From an uncultured Syntrophomonadaceae bacterium (GTDB lineage Bacteria; Bacillota; Dethiobacteria; PWVN01): a DNA stretch of 33,355 nt. The stretch lies in the NCBI GenBank assembly GCA_964541505.1, contig CAZIRG010000002.1, positions 1 to 33,355 of the forward strand, read 5' to 3'. Position numbers and translations under genes: made by a program. Shown here piece after piece: positions 32,946 through 33,355 of this stretch. Under the pieces are notes generated by a model, which worked only from the letters and a program-made list of their open reading frames with translations, had not been told where the DNA came from and searched no databases. Numbering within the stretch: position 1 is the first letter of the stretch; every line of letters starts with the position of its first letter.

Positions 32946-33355
32946 CTAACTGATATTTGCCAATAGTTCAAAAAACCCCGGAAAAGATATATCTACACAT
33001 TCTTTATTGTCTAGTACTATCTCTTCCTCTGTTAATAATCCAGCCACCTGTAAGGCCATGGCCATACGATGATCACCATAAGTCTTAACTTTAGAACTTC
33101 GCAAACTATGACCACCCTCGATTATCATCCCATCAGGAAATTCTTGTACAGGCACCCCTATTTTTTTCAATTCAGTGGCAATTGCTTTTATTCTATCTGT
33201 TTCTTTTACCCTAAGTTCAGCTGCATCTTTAATCACCGTGGTGCCTTCAGCAAAGGCTGCTGCCACAGCCAGAATGGGAATCTCATCTATAAGACGTGGA
33301 ATAATCTTCCCAGAAATTTCTGTGCCCTTCAAATGCGATTCTTTAATTAAAATAT
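32946..33355 (-). CDS. aroA: 3-phosphoshikimate 1-carboxyvinyltransferase (EPSP synthase), C-terminal part; 5' end lies beyond the window
   Basis: IDEIPILAVAAAFAEGTT, AELRVKETDRI, TYGDHRMAMA. The frame is open to the window edge. Confidence 0.9.
   Translation of the reverse strand, partial: ILIKESHLKGTEISGKIIPRLIDEIPILAVAAAFAEGTTVIKDAAELRVKETDRIKAIATELKKIGVPVQEFPDGMIIEGGHSLRSSKVKTYGDHRMAMALQVAGLLTEEEIVLDNKECVDISFPGFFELLANIS

Noticed and set aside
1-33355. Searched for a mobile element, prophage, defence island or toxin-antitoxin pair
   Set aside because: No integrase, transposase, recombinase, nuclease/ATPase defence-type or phage structural genes were recognised. Every ORF longer than 120 aa on the coding strand is explained by a housekeeping or envelope function, and no long terminal repeats flank any segment.

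Overview
AT-rich, Firmicute-like chromosomal segment: AGGAGG-type Shine-Dalgarno sites, hisZ, bacillithiol genes and a YmfF/YmfH-type M16 peptidase pair. Apart from one tRNA and an 18-codon gene tail at the left edge, all genes are on the minus strand, and nearly all are housekeeping. Reading the minus strand from right to left: aroA (partial), bshC, bshB1, then a his cluster (hisZ-hisG-hisB, an inserted LRR lipoprotein gene, hisH-hisA-hisF-hisIE, PHP histidinol phosphatase). Next come aroC, aroB, secD, secF, a LapA-like membrane protein, recJ and relA, then a plus-strand tRNA-Arg(CCG). After that lie a broken GT4 glycosyltransferase and a large membrane protein split at a homopolymer. The block ends with two M16 peptidases, a PatA-like class-III aminotransferase, a small basic membrane protein, proS, a DUF362 Fe-S protein, 5-formyl-THF cyclo-ligase and a PPC/DUF296 protein. 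I found no transposase, integrase, CRISPR array, toxin-antitoxin pair or recognisable defence gene, and no convincing novel multi-gene system. The points most worth a second look are: (1) two adjacent envelope genes each disrupted by a 1-nt homopolymer frameshift, one also lacking a canonical start, with a ~190-bp nested inverted repeat between them; (2) an LRR lipoprotein gene with its own promoter and terminator inside the his cluster; (3) a hisZ leader whose near-perfect SD lies 51 nt upstream of the ATG; (4) M16 pair, PatA-like aminotransferase and proS adjacent to each other, a possible link to EF-P modification; (5) several families of short low-complexity intergenic repeats, including stop-codon-phased tandem repeats. 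All functional calls rest on motif recognition by eye, with no database search.
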